Shown here piece after piece: positions 23,442-38,117 of a stretch of 64,000 nucleotides of DNA; position 1 is the stretch's first letter; every line of letters starts with the position of its first letter. The translations under genes and the position numbers were made by a program. The DNA lies in the NCBI GenBank assembly GCA_051294375.1, contig CM119266.1:5842092-5906091 (forward strand), given 5' to 3'. The stretch comes from Paraspadella gotoi (taxonomy: Eukaryota > Animalia > Chaetognatha). The notes below the pieces were generated by a model. It had not been told where the DNA came from and did no database searches. It saw only the letters and a program-made list of their open reading frames with translations.

Positions 23442-24403
23442 TAGACATAGACATAGGGACAGAGAAAACGTCTGCCTTGACGAAAAAGTGAGAAACCAAA
23501 AATGTGAATAAACTTTTGAGAAAAGAAATAATTTTCTTTTACGGAAAAATTATATTTTATTTCAGAAGAGTTGAAAAACTGAGCAAGGATGTTGAGAGCG
23601 ACGTTCGTGACGATAACGACGACGATAACGACGACGATAACGACGACGATAATGACATTGTATCATAATACCTCAACCAAATTGTATTTTTAAATGTACT
23701 AGAAATTTAAATAGAAATATGCAAACAGACGGATGATAGACAGACAAATAGACATACTGACGGATTTAGAAATAAAAATATTTGTCAAAACATAATAAAA
23801 CAGAAATTACAGACAGTCAAACAGTAAGACAGACATACAGACAGACCAACTTTATGTCCGAATGTCGCTTTACGCGATTTCCAAGTTTCGCTGAGAAATA
23901 AAAATTTTATTGGCGAAGTTTAATCTTAACGCGAAGTCCCGTCGGCCGGAATTCGTCGGGGGGGGGGGGAGAAAGACCGGAAGAAAAAATGGAAGACCGG
24001 AATAAAAAAGTCCGGGAATTGAGAGCAAACAGAGCGTGAATGTGAATGTAAATGTGAATGGAAATTTTGTGAATTTATGATTTATGGAAGATTTATTGGT
24101 AGATTTATAAGTGGTATATGGGCTTAATCTTGAAAAAGAACATAAAGCAATGGCACTTGAAATATATTTTACTACTATATGCAAATGAGATTTTAACGAC
24201 GATGTGTGATCCAGTTTAGACAAACCAGTATAGAAAGGTAAAATGAACGTGTTGAATGTGACAAATACCGCCAACTTTGGGTTTAAGCAACTTTTCGGAC
24301 TCATCCTCTCATTTGACTGCGTTGCAGGCAAATGTAACCAAAAACTCCGCTATCTCCAATTGTCTCTTTCTATATCAAACTCAGGTCGAATAAAAAAAAG
24401 TAG

Positions 24404-24451
<48 letters not shown>

Positions 24452-25024
24452 AGAGAGAGAAGAGATAGAGTTAGAAGAGAGAGAGAGAGAGAGGTCAGTT
24501 TTCTCTCTATTTTTGACTCATGAGCAACAGAGGAGAATGCCAAGGGAATTTTCTTATTCTCCTTTCGACCTTCGCTTTGAAATTGTACCGAAAAAGTTTT
24601 TAGCGACGAAAGGCAAGTTGATTTATCATTTTAAAAGATTAAATTCGTTAAAATAAAAACAAATATAGAAGAATTCTGGTTTAATTTTTTTTTTTCAAAT
24701 ACTTTCGTTAGTAATTTATGAAGGAGTTTCGTCTGAAATCTGAAAGATGATTCGCGCTTGTAATAAAAACTGTTGTTTGTGGAAGCAAAGATTCTAATGT
24801 TGTTTTTTGAATGATTTACTTTGTTGTTCGTGACGATCTTCACTTCTCTCCCCAAACATTCACATTTTAAAAAATGTTTCTTTATATAATTGTAATATTA
24901 AAGTTTGTTTCTTCAAGGTCGTTTTAATTCTGTTGAAATTTAAAAATAAAACCGACATAAACTTTAAGTTTAACTAAAATCAAGGAAAACTCGAAGAGGA
25001 AAAAAAAATAAACCAGAATTAAGA

Positions 25025-25359
25025 AAAACAAGAAAGGGTCCATCCAATGCGTTGGGCCGCTGTGACTTAATTTTCCCTGTGATTACATGACTACATGATT
25101 ATGAAATTTATGTATAACAAACGTCTTATGGTTGATCACGTACTGCATAGGAAAATATAAAAATAAAAGGCGGCGCTAGCAGTTGCTTTGATTTGAGGTT
25201 TTTCCCAGTCATAACAAATGAGCAACCAAGTGTAGACGAATTATGAGCTTTTTTAACGTAAGTGGGATAGACTGACGGACTGATACACCTACCGACCGAC
25301 AGACCGACGGAAAAATAACTTATACAGTCGCTCCACTCCACTCGCGGCGCAACTAAAAA
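25025..25359 (-). mobile_element. Helentron-associated/DINE-1-like non-autonomous element (family B)
   Basis: Reverse-complement homologue of 38118-38492, with a (CCGA/CAGA)n microsatellite and an end at ctcgcggcgcaactaaaaa. Confidence 0.65.
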
Positions 25360-25924
25360 AATTTGAACCTAATTCGGTTAAAGATGAAAAAAAAATTAAA
25401 AATTTCTATTTTTTTTCTCTTTGACTTTAATTTCTGTTTCACGTGAAGAGACGAACGGATAAGAAAATGTAAATCTCGCAAAAATTCGCTCTTGTGTGTG
25501 TCCCTTGTCAAGTTGTAAATGTATATTGAATGATATACGAACTCCTTTGTTTTATAACTTAATTGTTTTCGAGAGAAAAAAAAGTTTCTTACGTCGACAA
25601 AAGATGGAAAAAAAGTTTGATTGTGATCGACATTTATTGATCTCTCTTTTTCTTTAAAAGGGCGGAGACGTTTCTATATACATTATTTTATGGTCTGTCA
25701 GTCAGTAATTTAATAAATATGTCGATAGAAATACTTTTTGCCCAAAACAAATTGTTCGCTCTTATAATCAAAAATTATACCGAGAAAGTCATTATTGTTG
25801 CCTTGTACAATGTACAATTTAAATATTACATAGCGTCTTACTGTGATATTTAATTTCTTAATCCTTTATTTAATTTCTTAATCCCTTCATACTTAAGGGA
25901 GTGGTATTATTATTATCATTCTTT

Positions 25925-26141
25925 AAAATATTATACCACTTCATTGATAGGGAAGCCAGGTACTCCGAGAGTTAATAAAGGAGACTGTGAGAGAGTCTTG
26001 ATTGAAAGCTTGCAGGGACCTGCTATGTCATTATCGTGTAAGAGTGATGGAGGCCTTAAGCCACCAAAGCCTGTCCAAAGTTATGGGCAAGCTAGATCAT
26101 TAAATGAATGGATAATTTTTATATTGTTTGTACCAATTTCA
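25925..26141 (-). mobile_element. Dispersed repeat family A, near full-length copy
   Basis: Aligns by eye, end to end, with the reverse complement of 35524-35737. Confidence 0.75.
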
Positions 26142-26759
26142 TTTAATTTCGTAGAAGGAATGGAGGTTCTAACCCAACAGAGCGAATCCAAAGTCAATGA
26201 ATGAAAAACAATTTTTTTATGTCAGTAGTCCAATGCAGGAGGAAATGCAACCTAAACAAAGCGCAAATCGGATCGAAGATGAATCCGCCAGACATTGGCA
26301 ATCATCCGGATTCATGGGAATCGGAATCGACCAATCAGCTTGCAGAACCAATGGAATTGTAATTTAATAGAATATAGATATAATCATATATAGGTTATCT
26401 ATTATAACACACTTATCTTTTAATTATAGCCTTTTCTTTCTTCTCACGACCCTCAAGTCACATTAATATCATTTTCCCTAATATTCTAAGGTAATTAGTT
26501 ACTTCGCTTCAGTCGCCGGGAAAGTTTTTGGCTAAAAATAAACTCAATTATTCTGGATGAACGAACAACTTTCATCAGCGACGAGTTTAAGTAATAATGA
26601 AAAATAAAGAAAAAGAAAAAAAGAAAGAAGAAAAAAGGAAAACATTTGGATTTTTAACTTGAGATGATTTATGAAACGAAATCTGTTCGAGGTCACTGAT
26701 TGAGCGATTGGGCGATGAGATTTTGGATATAAAAAGAAGACCAGTTTGTGAGTGTGTGT

Positions 26760-26791
<32 letters not shown>

Positions 26792-26885
26792 TTAAAACGG
26801 AAGTAAGTTCATGAGAAAGTCGGTGAATTTCGTGACTGCTCTCTCTCTTCTCTTTCTCTCTCTCTCTTCTCTCTCTCCTTCTCTC

Positions 26886-27872
26886 NNNNNNNNNNNNNNN
26901 NNNNNNNNNNNNNNNNNNNNNNNNNNNNNNNNNNNNNNNNNNNNNNNNNNNNNNNNNNNNNNNNNNNNNNNNNNNNNNNNNNNNNNNNNNNNNNNNNNNN
27001 NNNNNNNNNNNNNNNNNNNNNNNNNGACCACTCACCCAAAGCTTAACCGATTAACCACCGTTAAATAACCGACCCAATCGCCCACAATCTCAACCACCCT
27101 TGATTTGACCACAGTTTTATCCACAGCCTCAACCACAGCCTCTCCCCACTGCTTTCCATTTTTACCTCCAAGTTNNNNNNNNNNNNNNNNNNNNNNNNNN
27201 NNNNNNNNNNNNNNNNNNNNNNNNNNNNNNNNNNNNNNNNNNNNNNNNNNNNNNNNNNNNNNNNNNNNNNNNNNNNNNNNNNNNNNNNNNNNNNNNNNNN
27301 NNNNNNNNNNNNNNNNNNNNNNNNNNNNNNNNNNNNNNNNNNNNNNNNNNNNNNNNNNNNNNNNNNNNNNNNNNNNNNNNNNNNNNNNNNNNNNNNNNNN
27401 NNNNNNNNNNNNNNNNNNNNNNNNNNNNNNNNNNNNNNNNNNNNNNNNNNNNNNNNNNNNNNNNNNNNNNNNNNNNNNNNNNNNNNNNNNNNNNNNNNNN
27501 NNNNNNNNNNNNNNNNNNNNNNNNNNNNNNNNNNNNNNNNNNNNNNNNNNNNNNNNNNNNNNNNNNNNNNNNNNNNNNNNNNNNNNNNNNNNNNNNNNNN
27601 NNNNNNNNNNNNNNNNNNNNNNNNNNNNNNNNNNNNNNNNNNNNNNNNNNNNNNNNNNNNNNNNNNNNNNNNNNNNNNNNNNNNNNNNNNNNNNNNNNNN
27701 NNNNNNNNNNNNNNNNNNNNNNNNNNNNNNNNNNNNNNNNNNNNNNNNNNNNNNNNNNNNNNNNNNNNNNNNNNNNNNNNNNNNNNNNNNNNNNNNNNNN
27801 NNNNNNNNNNNNNNNNNNNNNNNNNNNNNNNNNNNNNNNNNNNNNNNNNNNNNNNNNNNNNNNNNNNNNNNN
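26886..27872. other. Assembly gaps (N runs 26886-27025 and 27175-27872)
   Basis: N runs. The other gaps are at 7592-7601, 20439-20448, 54116-54140 and 63621-63645. Confidence 1.
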
Positions 27873-29277
27873 TTATAAAGTTTAGAAAGAAATTAAGAAA
27901 TGTCGTTTTTTCTAAAAAAAACCTGAATAGAAGTGACCGAGGAAAAAAAAGAAATTTAAGGGGAAAAAATTTGGGGGGAAAACGTGATGAGTTTCACAAA
28001 TTGTGAAATGGATTTCTCGTAAAGTTCATTTTGGGCGGACGTGTTGAGGATTAGTGAAGTCTCTGAATAGTTCACGAAGACTTTGAGAAGACCCTGGAAG
28101 ACCCTGTGAGACCCTTGGCCGAGTGAGCAAGTTCTTTGACGCACTTTAAAAAACCTTTCGCGAACTCTGAATGACAACCTTTCGTTTCAAATTCCAAGGC
28201 TGAGAAATAGAAAAAAGTTCCATGTAGAAACAGGAAACACGTGGGATGGAGAATGACTACTAATGGAAATGGAATAAGGAAAACAAAGGAGAGGTCAAAT
28301 AAAAACAGAGGAGTGTAACGAAACAGAAGTAACGAAAATAGAAGTTTTGAAGGAGAAAAAAATTAAAAAAAAAAAAAATTCAAGAAAATGTGGACGAACC
28401 ATTTTTTCAATTTTTTTTTCAAGAAAACTTTGACAGAAATAAGGAAAAAAAGAAAAGAATGAAGATAGTGACGAAAAAAAAGGGAAAAAAAGAAAAAAAG
28501 AAAAAAAAAACACGTGACTCATCAGAATTTCGGATCCTTTTTCTCTTTTTGCGAATCGACTACTTTTTTTGTTTGTTTATTTTTCTAAATCTCTTTTTTT
28601 TTGGCTTAAATGGGGTCAAACGGATCAAAAATGACTCAGACTTAGGGTCACGGCATTTAGTTTAAAATGTACTTTTTTTCTTTTATTTTTAGTTGTTTTT
28701 TTTTAAGTTTGAGATTAAGTCAACTTTTTGATTAAAATCGAGAGACAAAGTTCTTCATAGAATTTAGTCAGAAGAGAGAAAGAAATTAGAAAAAAAGAAA
28801 GAAAAAAAAGAAAGAATTGAAATCAAAATAAAAGAAAACGGAGGCGAAAAGTCATAATAAAAAGACCAGATTAAACAAAACATTTTAATAAAAAATAAAA
28901 AGTTAACGAAATGAAGAAATGAGAAAAAAATATTTAAAAAATATTTTTTTTAAAAATGTTATCGGTGGATAAATTTTTAAATAAACGATACTTTTCTCTT
29001 GTTTAAGAAAATTCGAGGTTTAATACAAAATTTAAATTGTGATTAAGGCTTAAAGACAATGGCGAGTTATCAAAAAGAGTTTGTTTTGTTTGTTTCCTCA
29101 AAACAAAATGGAAAAACAAGATTGCAAAATAGTCGCTATGAATTTTACATTTTCACACAAGTGTAAAGTAATATAACGATAAATAACTATACTTTGTGAC
29201 TGATTAAAACATTCCGATTTATCTATCATAACTCCCTCATCCTACTTAATCTCTTTTATTCCAAAATATAATCTAAT

Positions 29278-29424
29278 TTTCTTAATTCAATCAATTCAAT
29301 TCAATACAATCACTTCTTAATTCAATCAATCCAATTCAATTCAATCAATTCGATTCAATCACTTCTTAATTCAATCAATCCAATTCAATTCAATTCAATC
29401 AATTCTTAATTCAATCACTTCAAT
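29278..29424. repeat. Compound (CAATT/CAAT)n micro/minisatellite
   Basis: ttcttaattcaatcaat(t/c)caattcaat units repeated ~4 times. Confidence 0.75.
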
Positions 29425-31151
29425 CTCTAAACATTTTGTTCGCCCTCATTTTTCTTCCTTTTTTTCCCTCGATGATCGAAAAACTATTTTAAAACTAATT
29501 TACGATCAATAAACTAAAAATTATCTTTATTATAAAAAAATTCGCTCCCCCCCCGCCAAAATAAATTAAACTCTCATGACTATTGACCTCAAAGCATGAT
29601 CTGTGAATTAAGTCTCAACAAAAGACTGCTATTAAAGTAATATATTTTAAAAAATTAAATATTACTAAAGGTTAAATGTCAAACAAAAGATCATTCTCCT
29701 TTATTCCCCGCGAATCGCGTCAAGACGAAAAAATTAATCCAGGATAATCGTATAAGATATTCTCTCTCTCTCTCTCTCCTTCCCTCTCTCTCTCTCCTCT
29801 CTCTATCTCTCGTCTCTCATCTCTCTCTCTCTCTCTCTCTCCTCTCTCTCCCGTCTTCTTCCTCCTCCTCGTTTTCCCTCTGTTTCTTTTTTAATGTTTC
29901 TCTTCAATTCGTTTTTTTCCCCTTGGTTTTCTTTTTTTTTGTCTTGTTGATTTTTTGTGTTGATGAAACAAACAGAAAAAAAAGATTAAAGGCGAATTTT
30001 TTTTCCTCGTTTTTTCGATATATATATTTGTAAAGTGAAAGAAGGAAGATAAAGTGATAAAGTGATAAGAAGGAAAAAGAAAAAAGTGATAAAGTGATAA
30101 AGTGATAAGAAGGAAAAAGAGGTTGAGAATTTTCTTTTCTTCATCAGGGCGAGATATATCGAGCCTTCACTGTCTTGTTTTCAGCCCGAATAAAGAATAC
30201 TATTAAAATTAAAAATATATATAAGATTTAGAAATTAAAAAGCTGTATTAATCATTTTAGAAGATTAAAATTTACAAGAGTAATTGTGCAATTTTTATCT
30301 ATTACTAAAGAATACTATATAATTATAGCAACAAGAAAAAATAAAAAAAATTTTGTTCGGATAGTTAATTTAATTTAATATTAAAAAAAACTTCCTAATT
30401 ACTTTTAACATAAATAATTACTTTTTACATAAACAACTAAAGTTTTGAAAATGAAAGGCCACTGGCCACGGCCTTGAGAGTCTTCTCCGCTCACAATCAC
30501 GTCAGAAACTATTCCATGTACTTTAAACTTTAAAGTTCGTGTTTACTTTATATTTAGTTTATAGTTTTCAACTTGTTTTCTTTTCTCCTTCAAATTTTTT
30601 CGCAAAAAAAAAAAAAAAAATCTTAAGAAGTTTTGATGTTTTTCAAAGATTTGGTGCACGATTTTTTGCAGATTGAAATATTTTTTAGTCAAAATTAGAA
30701 ACTAGAACAAAAATAAACCTTGAGATCAGAGAGAAAATAAATAAATAAATTTAAATTTAAATTTAAATTTAAAATATTTTAGTATCATTTATTATCATGA
30801 TTTCTATAACCGCTTTTTGTAAGAATTCAAAGTATTTATATCCGTGTGAGGCGTAGTTTCACTGTATCTTGCTGTATCTGCGACATCCAGGCGACGTTGA
30901 TGTCGATGTCCATCATCTTCAGCGACGACGACGACGACGACGATAGTAATGACGAAGACGAAGAAGACAAAATAAAATACGATTTCAATTTTTTTTCTTG
31001 TTTATTTTCTTTAATTTTTTTCAACTCGTCGATTTGACGCTAAAAGTTTCGAGCGAATTTGCTGGAACTCTCGGTTGCACAAAAAGTGTTGGTGCCTCGA
31101 AGTATGAAAAATAATTAGAAAGTGCGAGAGAGTTTAGTCTCGATGACGTAC

Positions 31152-31190
<39 letters not shown>

Positions 31191-31645
31191 AAAGCAGTGA
31201 CCAACGAGGCCACGATTATGAGAAAGATTCTTAATAATATTGATTTTAATTTTGAGATAAATACTTTCGAACTAAATTTATGAATCTTATTTATATTCAT
31301 TTTCTAAAAAGGATTTAAATAACGAAATAATATAAATATAAATATTGTTGTTTTTTTTGTTTTAATCGTAAAACGAAGACACGAAATTTCTAGAAAATTT
31401 TCAATCTTTTTATTTTCAAATTCGGGGAAAAGAAATCGGTTGTTCTCCGCAAAAATCTTTCCACCTCAATTTTTTTTTCTTTTTTTTTTTTTTTTTTGAA
31501 AAACAGAAATTTTGTTTTGTTCGGCGAAAAAATCTTGGAATCTCGAAACTAAAAAAAAGAAAGAAAAAGAAAGAAAAAGAAAAAAAAGGGAAGAGGAAGA
31601 GAATCAAAGACAGAGATTCCATGTTTCCTTCTTTATTCTTTTTTT

Positions 31646-31724
<79 letters not shown>

Positions 31725-31726
31725 TT

Positions 31727-31782
<56 letters not shown>

Positions 31783-33728
31783 TTTTATTTATTTATTATT
31801 TCTTTCTTCTTTCTTTCTTTCTTTCTTTCTTTCTTTCACCACTTTCTTTACTTCCCCATCCTTCTTTTTAACCATTGACTTAATCAATTCTGAATCTTCT
31901 CAATTTTTTTATTTCTTCTCATTTCAAATCTTTTTATTTCTTTTCTTTTCCTATTATTTTTCCTTTTTTCTTTTTCCCTCAATCATGTTATCTCCTTTTC
32001 TTTTTTCTTTCTTTCTTTCTTTCCTTTCTCTCTTTTCTTTCAATTCCCAAAAGTCATTAACGGATTTTTCGAACGGATTTTTTTTGATCAAAACCCTTTT
32101 TTTTTTTTTTTTTTTTGCGGATCGCACGAGAAAGTCTTTGGTTTCCACGATCCGTCGCAGCCGCCGCAGGCTCCGTCGCCGCTGCCCCCCGCCGCCGCAT
32201 CCAAATCGCAGCAGCCGACACACCCCCCCGCAGCCTCTTTCCCCCCTTCCCCCTTTTGGCCCAATGCACCGATGCCATTTGAAAGAGAAATTTGGGCAAA
32301 TGTTGCACTGAATTTTGCGGTAAAAATAAAAGAGAAATCGCATTTCTATTTTATTACGCTTTTGTGGACTCACGGATATCTGACATACGGACGGATGGAA
32401 GGACGGACCTGAAGGGCAGAGGGAGGGATGGATGGATGGAGGGATAGAGGGAGGGACGGACGGAGGAGACGGACGGACGGATATAGGGACAAAATTGTGG
32501 GCTTTAGTTTTTCTCCGAAGATTAAATGCTTTCTGTATTATTTCAAACAAATTTAACAACAGAATTTGAAAAAAGTTTACTAAAATATTTTATCATTTGG
32601 TTCATAGTTAAGACAAGTGCTCAGAGAGCGTTGATTGGTAGAAAGTCCTGCGATGTTAATTTCTTCTTATTATATTTTCTTAATTAATTTTTTTATATTG
32701 CTTTTACTAAGTTTAGATTAAATGAAATTCGTTAAAATTGTTTTCTCCTCACGAAATGGTATCTTACATACGTATACAAGTGAGTTAAACAAGTATTGCA
32801 ACGCGAGTTGACTCCAATGAAACGCCGATTAATATACTGGACTGACGCCCGTTGCAATTATGGTCTCGCAATAACGGCCAGAACGACCATCGGCCATTGG
32901 GCGCCGCGCCAGAATCGTCTCGCAAAAATGTCGGCAACGTCGACGAAGCAGAATGGGAATTGGGGAAAGCGTTTGGTCGGTTTTGTGTCGGTTTTGTGTC
33001 GGTTATGCGGGGTTAAGTTCTGGCTTCGTCAATTAAACTTTTTAACTATAGATATAAACAAATATTTTTATTTAAAATATAGTTACAAAAAATTTGAAGA
33101 GGTAAAGTTTGATTACGACTTTTTCTCCTTTAAGCAGGAAATGAAAATACGTAGTAGGGTAGTTAAGCCCCAAAATAAACCAGTTGGAAAAGTATAATGA
33201 ATTTGGAGGAAGGATTTTGTCATTAACGTCTCCACCGGAAAACGACTTAATTGTAAATCGCCAGATGTTAAAAGCGGCAGATTTGAATTTCAATAACGAT
33301 AACTGTCAGTTGTAAGAGGGAATTTGTAAAATTCAGACACGAGAAAGGAATATTTAATTTTTGTAATTGTACAACTACATTTTAAAAATAGTAAAGGGTA
33401 TAATTCTGTAATTACTGATCTTCCCAGATTTGAGGTTTTAATCATCGCCGGTTTCCAACGACCGGTCGGCAATATTTTCCGAGAACGACCAATTTCAAGT
33501 CAAAAGAAGTTTTAAAGATAAGGATAAGGACTTGGTTAAGGATTAAAGTCTGGGATTATATTAAGGATTTAGTTTAGAATTTAATTTGGTTAAAGATTAT
33601 GGTTAAGAATTGAAATTAAAATTAGTATTAAAAAACAAGGTTAGGATTGTGGCGACAAATGTTTTGCCACAATGGGGTCAACTCAAGTTCGCCACTGTAT
33701 TTAGTGGTCGCAAGTAAAGCCGGCTACT

Positions 33729-33774
<46 letters not shown>

Positions 33775-34654
33775 CTTGAAGTTAGTCTTGTATGTCTGTC
33801 TCTTACAATATTTCGCCAATATAAGTTATTATATTATTTTAGTAATTAGGGTAAGGGAATAGGGTTAAATATTTGGTTAAAGATTTAGTTAGAATGTTGG
33901 GAAAAAACTTTTATGAAGATTCATCATCGAACTTTTATTCATTTGAATATTTATTCATTGACAAATAAAACATTTTATTACATGTCTATTCTTTTATTAT
34001 TCATTGATTGATATTTGTTATTCTATGTCTTTTCTTTTCAGCTATCATGAGTTATTAATGATTATAGGAGAGGTGTTAGGTTAATGATAGGTTATATGGT
34101 TCTTGATCATTGTGTTTCTTTTCTGATCTATTACAGTGTAGATTCCAGGGTGCACTGTCAATGAATGGCCGCCCGTGATCAATCATTCTCTGGTTGGAGT
34201 AAAATTTTCTGCCATGCCTTAACTTTCAATACTTATTAAGGGGTACGCAGGATTCGCCCCCTAATACTGGTGCATCATCCATTATCCACATTGAATGGAG
34301 AACCTACTGTATGTTGAAAATTAGCTACTCCTCTCTTTGGAGTGCTGCTTCACTGTCTCTCAGTCTGTCAAAATCAGTCTGTCAAAATAATCCTGAGGTC
34401 CTCCAAATTCTAAACTATAAATATGAAGGTTGAATATCAAAGTTAAAACTATCTTTAAGGATTAAGAAAGAGAAACGGGGCGCTATCCGAAAATAGTGCA
34501 CGACGGCCTGACTCTCTGCTTAATTTCTGTAATTCCGAGTCAAAGGAGAGAGAATAAAATTTCTTTAATTGCTCTGAGAGTGAAAGAAATACTATTTGTA
34601 CCAGAGAAAGGAAACCCTAATGATGGGGCCCTTTTGAAGAGAGAGAGAGAGGTC

Positions 34655-34685
<31 letters not shown>

Positions 34686-35191
34686 TGAGAGAGAGGAGAG
34701 AGAGAGAGAGAGAGAGAGAGCAGAGAGAGAGAGAGAAAGAGAATTTGCTTGCAAAATGGTTTGGTTTAGTTTGCACCGACGGAAGATTCAGGGATTTGCG
34801 AGTCACATTTCTTCTTTGCTACAGAAATGATCCGAGTCGCTAAGAGAGAAAAGAGAGAGGGAGAGAGAGAGAGAGAAAGAGAGAGGGAGAGAGAGAGAGA
34901 GAAAGAAAGAGAGATTCAGAGAGAGAAAAAGAAAGAGAGATTGAGAGAGAAAGAGAGTGAGTAATTTTTTCACGACTTTAGTCGATTAACAAAGGATTAG
35001 TGAAAAGAAAAAGAAACCAATAAGCCTCGCAAATAACAACAACATCAAAACAACAACAACAAAAACAACAACAACAAAAACAACAACAACAACGGCTTTC
35101 AACGTCTGCAGTTTAATCGACGTCGTTCGATAAATGAGGACAAAATCGCTCATTGGCAGAAAAGTTGGTCGTTCGGGCTGCGGTCAAAGTG

Positions 35192-35226
<35 letters not shown>

Positions 35227-35523
35227 TCTCTCTCTCTCTCTCTCTCTCTGGTCCAAGAGGGAAGAGTCAAGCATTAACCCGTTTATTTCTTTTATCTGTA
35301 ATCAATCCAGTTGTCCGTCAGTCCGTTTAAATGTCAATTTTTATATTAGTCTAACTTTAATTTCTTTAGCTTTTTGTCATCTAAAATTAGTCCACTCGGC
35401 GTCTGTACCCTTAACTTTGATGATTTACATTTATAATCGATTAAACCTGAAATTATCTCATTTTCTCAAATATTTTATCATTCAGCAATTTCATATTTTG
35501 TTTTTCAGATGGCTTCTTCAATA

Positions 35524-35737
35524 AAATTAGTACAACCAATATAAAAATTGTTCATTCATTTAATAAATAAGCTAAATTAAGCCTAACTTTGGACAGGCTT
35601 TGGTGGTTTAAGGCATCCATCACTCTTACAAGACAACGACATAGCAGGTCCCTGCAAGCTTTCAATCAAGACTCTCTCACAGTCTCGTTTATTCACTCCC
35701 GGAGTACCTAGCTTCCCAATTAATGAAGTATATTATT
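35524..35737 (+). mobile_element. Dispersed repeat family A, near full-length copy
   Basis: aaattagtacaaccaatata...taactttggacaggctttggtgg...catagcaggtccctgcaagctttcaatcaagactctctcacagtctc...actcccggagtacc...aatgaagt. Confidence 0.75.
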
Positions 35738-37402
35738 TCAAATGTATTCTATGTATAAAAGGACCATTTCCCTTAAGCGTATTTGATATCTTTTTGTACT
35801 TTCTTTTTTCATTTTTATATTTTCCTTTTATTCTTTTTTTCTTTTCTCCATTTTTTAAATCTTAACGACTTCAAAGAAACTCCGTTGCTAATTAATTTAA
35901 TTTTAAACTTTTAAAATCATAACTGACAAAAAGAAATGATTTAAGTCTTGAGTCGTTGTTACGAGAAATCACAGCTTTTCTACTTTTGACTCTTTGCTCA
36001 TTTCACATTCCCTTCCTTCCATCCCTTATTTTCTTTATTTTTCTTTATTCTTTATTCTCTTTCCTTTTATTCCTTTTCTTTTTTTCTCTTTCTTTTTTCC
36101 TCCCTTCCTCCCAATTTTCTTTCTTCTATTTTCTTTTATTTTTTTCCTTTTCTTTTTCTCTTTCCTTCTTCCTCCCTTCCTCCCATTTTCATTTCTTATT
36201 TTTTCTTTTCTTTTTTCCTTTTCTTTTTCTCTTTCCTTCTTCCTCCAATTTTTCTTCTTCTCTTTTCTTTTCTTTTTTCTTTTCTTTTTCTCCTTCCTTC
36301 TTCCTCCCTTCCTCCCATTTTTCTTTCTTCTCTTTTCTTTTCTCTTTTCCTTTTCATTTTCTCCTTCCTTCTTTCCTTCTTTCTCCCTTCCTCTGTCATT
36401 TCCTTTCCTTCGTTTTCTTTTTTCCTGTTTCTCTTTCCTACTTTCCTTCCTCCCTTCCTCTTATTTTTGCTCTGCTTTTTTTCCTCCTTTTTTCTCCGTC
36501 TGATTCCCTGTCAAATGAATTCTCATCCCGTCTCGGATCTTCGTCCAAGAAAAAAGAAAGAAAAAAAGAAAAGAAAGAAGATCCAATGAGGTTACATTAA
36601 TGGCGCCAACGAAAAATTCCCCGCTGCCCATCGCAATATGGACTTTGCTTTAGGTATTGCTTTATTCACAGGAATTACTTTATTTGCTTTATTCATATGA
36701 ATTGCTTTACCACAATAGATTTGCTTTATTTAAATGATTTGCTTTTTAACTAGGTAATTTGCTTCATTTACATGATTTGCCTTACCTAATATGCTAATAA
36801 TAAATTTGGTTCTTTCAAAGAAGGTGCCTTACCCAGTTAATAAACTTTTTCTTTAAAGAAATTGCAATATTAAATGGAATTGATATTAATAACATTAAAC
36901 AACTATTGGTTTACCCATAGAAAAAAATTTATGAGTCATCGGCCGCTGCGCTGAATATGGATTTTAGAGATATATGTTCTTTCTGCTTGGAATCTAATCA
37001 AATATTATGTAAAACTTACCTTACTTTTCAAACAATATGGATTTAATTAATTATTATTTAAATATTTATTGTTATAGTTATATTTTTAGTAATAGTTATA
37101 CTTATAGTGATAGTATGAATTAGTTACAATAAGTTATTATCTAAATTGTGATCATTTCAATAGGTTTTTAGCTCAAGGCGCCGAGGTCATTGACTCGACG
37201 AAGGGCGAAAAACAAAAGGATTTAAACCTTAATGCGATAGATGTCGCTAATAGACGAAAGAAGAAATAACGAGGCTTCGAAACAATGGAACATCGCGAAA
37301 ACGAACGCGGGAAAAAAAACTCTTATATGCAAATGAGAAAATTAGAAATTACAACGACAATGGGGGAGAAAAATTACTAACCGATTAACGCAGAGGGAGA
37401 GA

Positions 37403-37443
<41 letters not shown>

Positions 37444-38017
37444 AGAGATAGTACGAGAGAAGAGAGGAGAGAGAGAGAGAGAGAGAGTGGAATAGACTTT
37501 TTCAAGAAGTTTTCTTTTCGTGTGTAAAATCCATTATGGCTTCGGGTTCAACGAACGATCAGGATTTCAAGTTTATATCTTTATTCTCATTGTTATTCCA
37601 AATGTTTATTTAGCTAAAATCGATGGAAAAAAAAGGAAGGACTAATTACACGAAATACACTTCTTTCCACAAATTTAATTTTAAGCGTAAGATAAAATGT
37701 TTTCCAATTTTCCTTAATTTTAAATGCTTAATTATTATTATTTTCACTTTTTCTCATTATCTCCTTTTTTATGTCATTTAATTCCATCGTCTATCACAAA
37801 GTCAGAGCTCTTTTATGTCATTTAATCTCATCGTCTATCACAATGTCAGAGCCCTTTCATCCTCGCGTCTTTCTAGTTTTTAAATTCATTTTTAGACGCG
37901 CGGAAACGCGACTATTTAAGGCGCTTTTCTGCCCCTCTGTCTGTAATCGGAGAAAGAAACAATTGTTACGGAAAAAGGTTTAATAGTTTAAAGAAAATTT
38001 ATAGTTAAAGATTAACC

Positions 38018-38065
<48 letters not shown>

Positions 38066-38117
38066 ACCACGCGACTAATATTCAACAGTGGATTCATCGT
38101 CCTTGAATCAATCTCCG

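Noticed and set aside
27956-28177. 73-aa minus-strand ORF next to a gap
   Set aside because: It has a non-ATG start, no convincing splice signals and no recognisable homology.
36586-36653. First coding exon of the FucT gene ending at ctttag|gtattg
   Set aside because: The frame that is phase-compatible with 40244 has a TAA four codons after its ATG. The other ATG frames either stop or give the wrong phase. At most this is a UTR exon.
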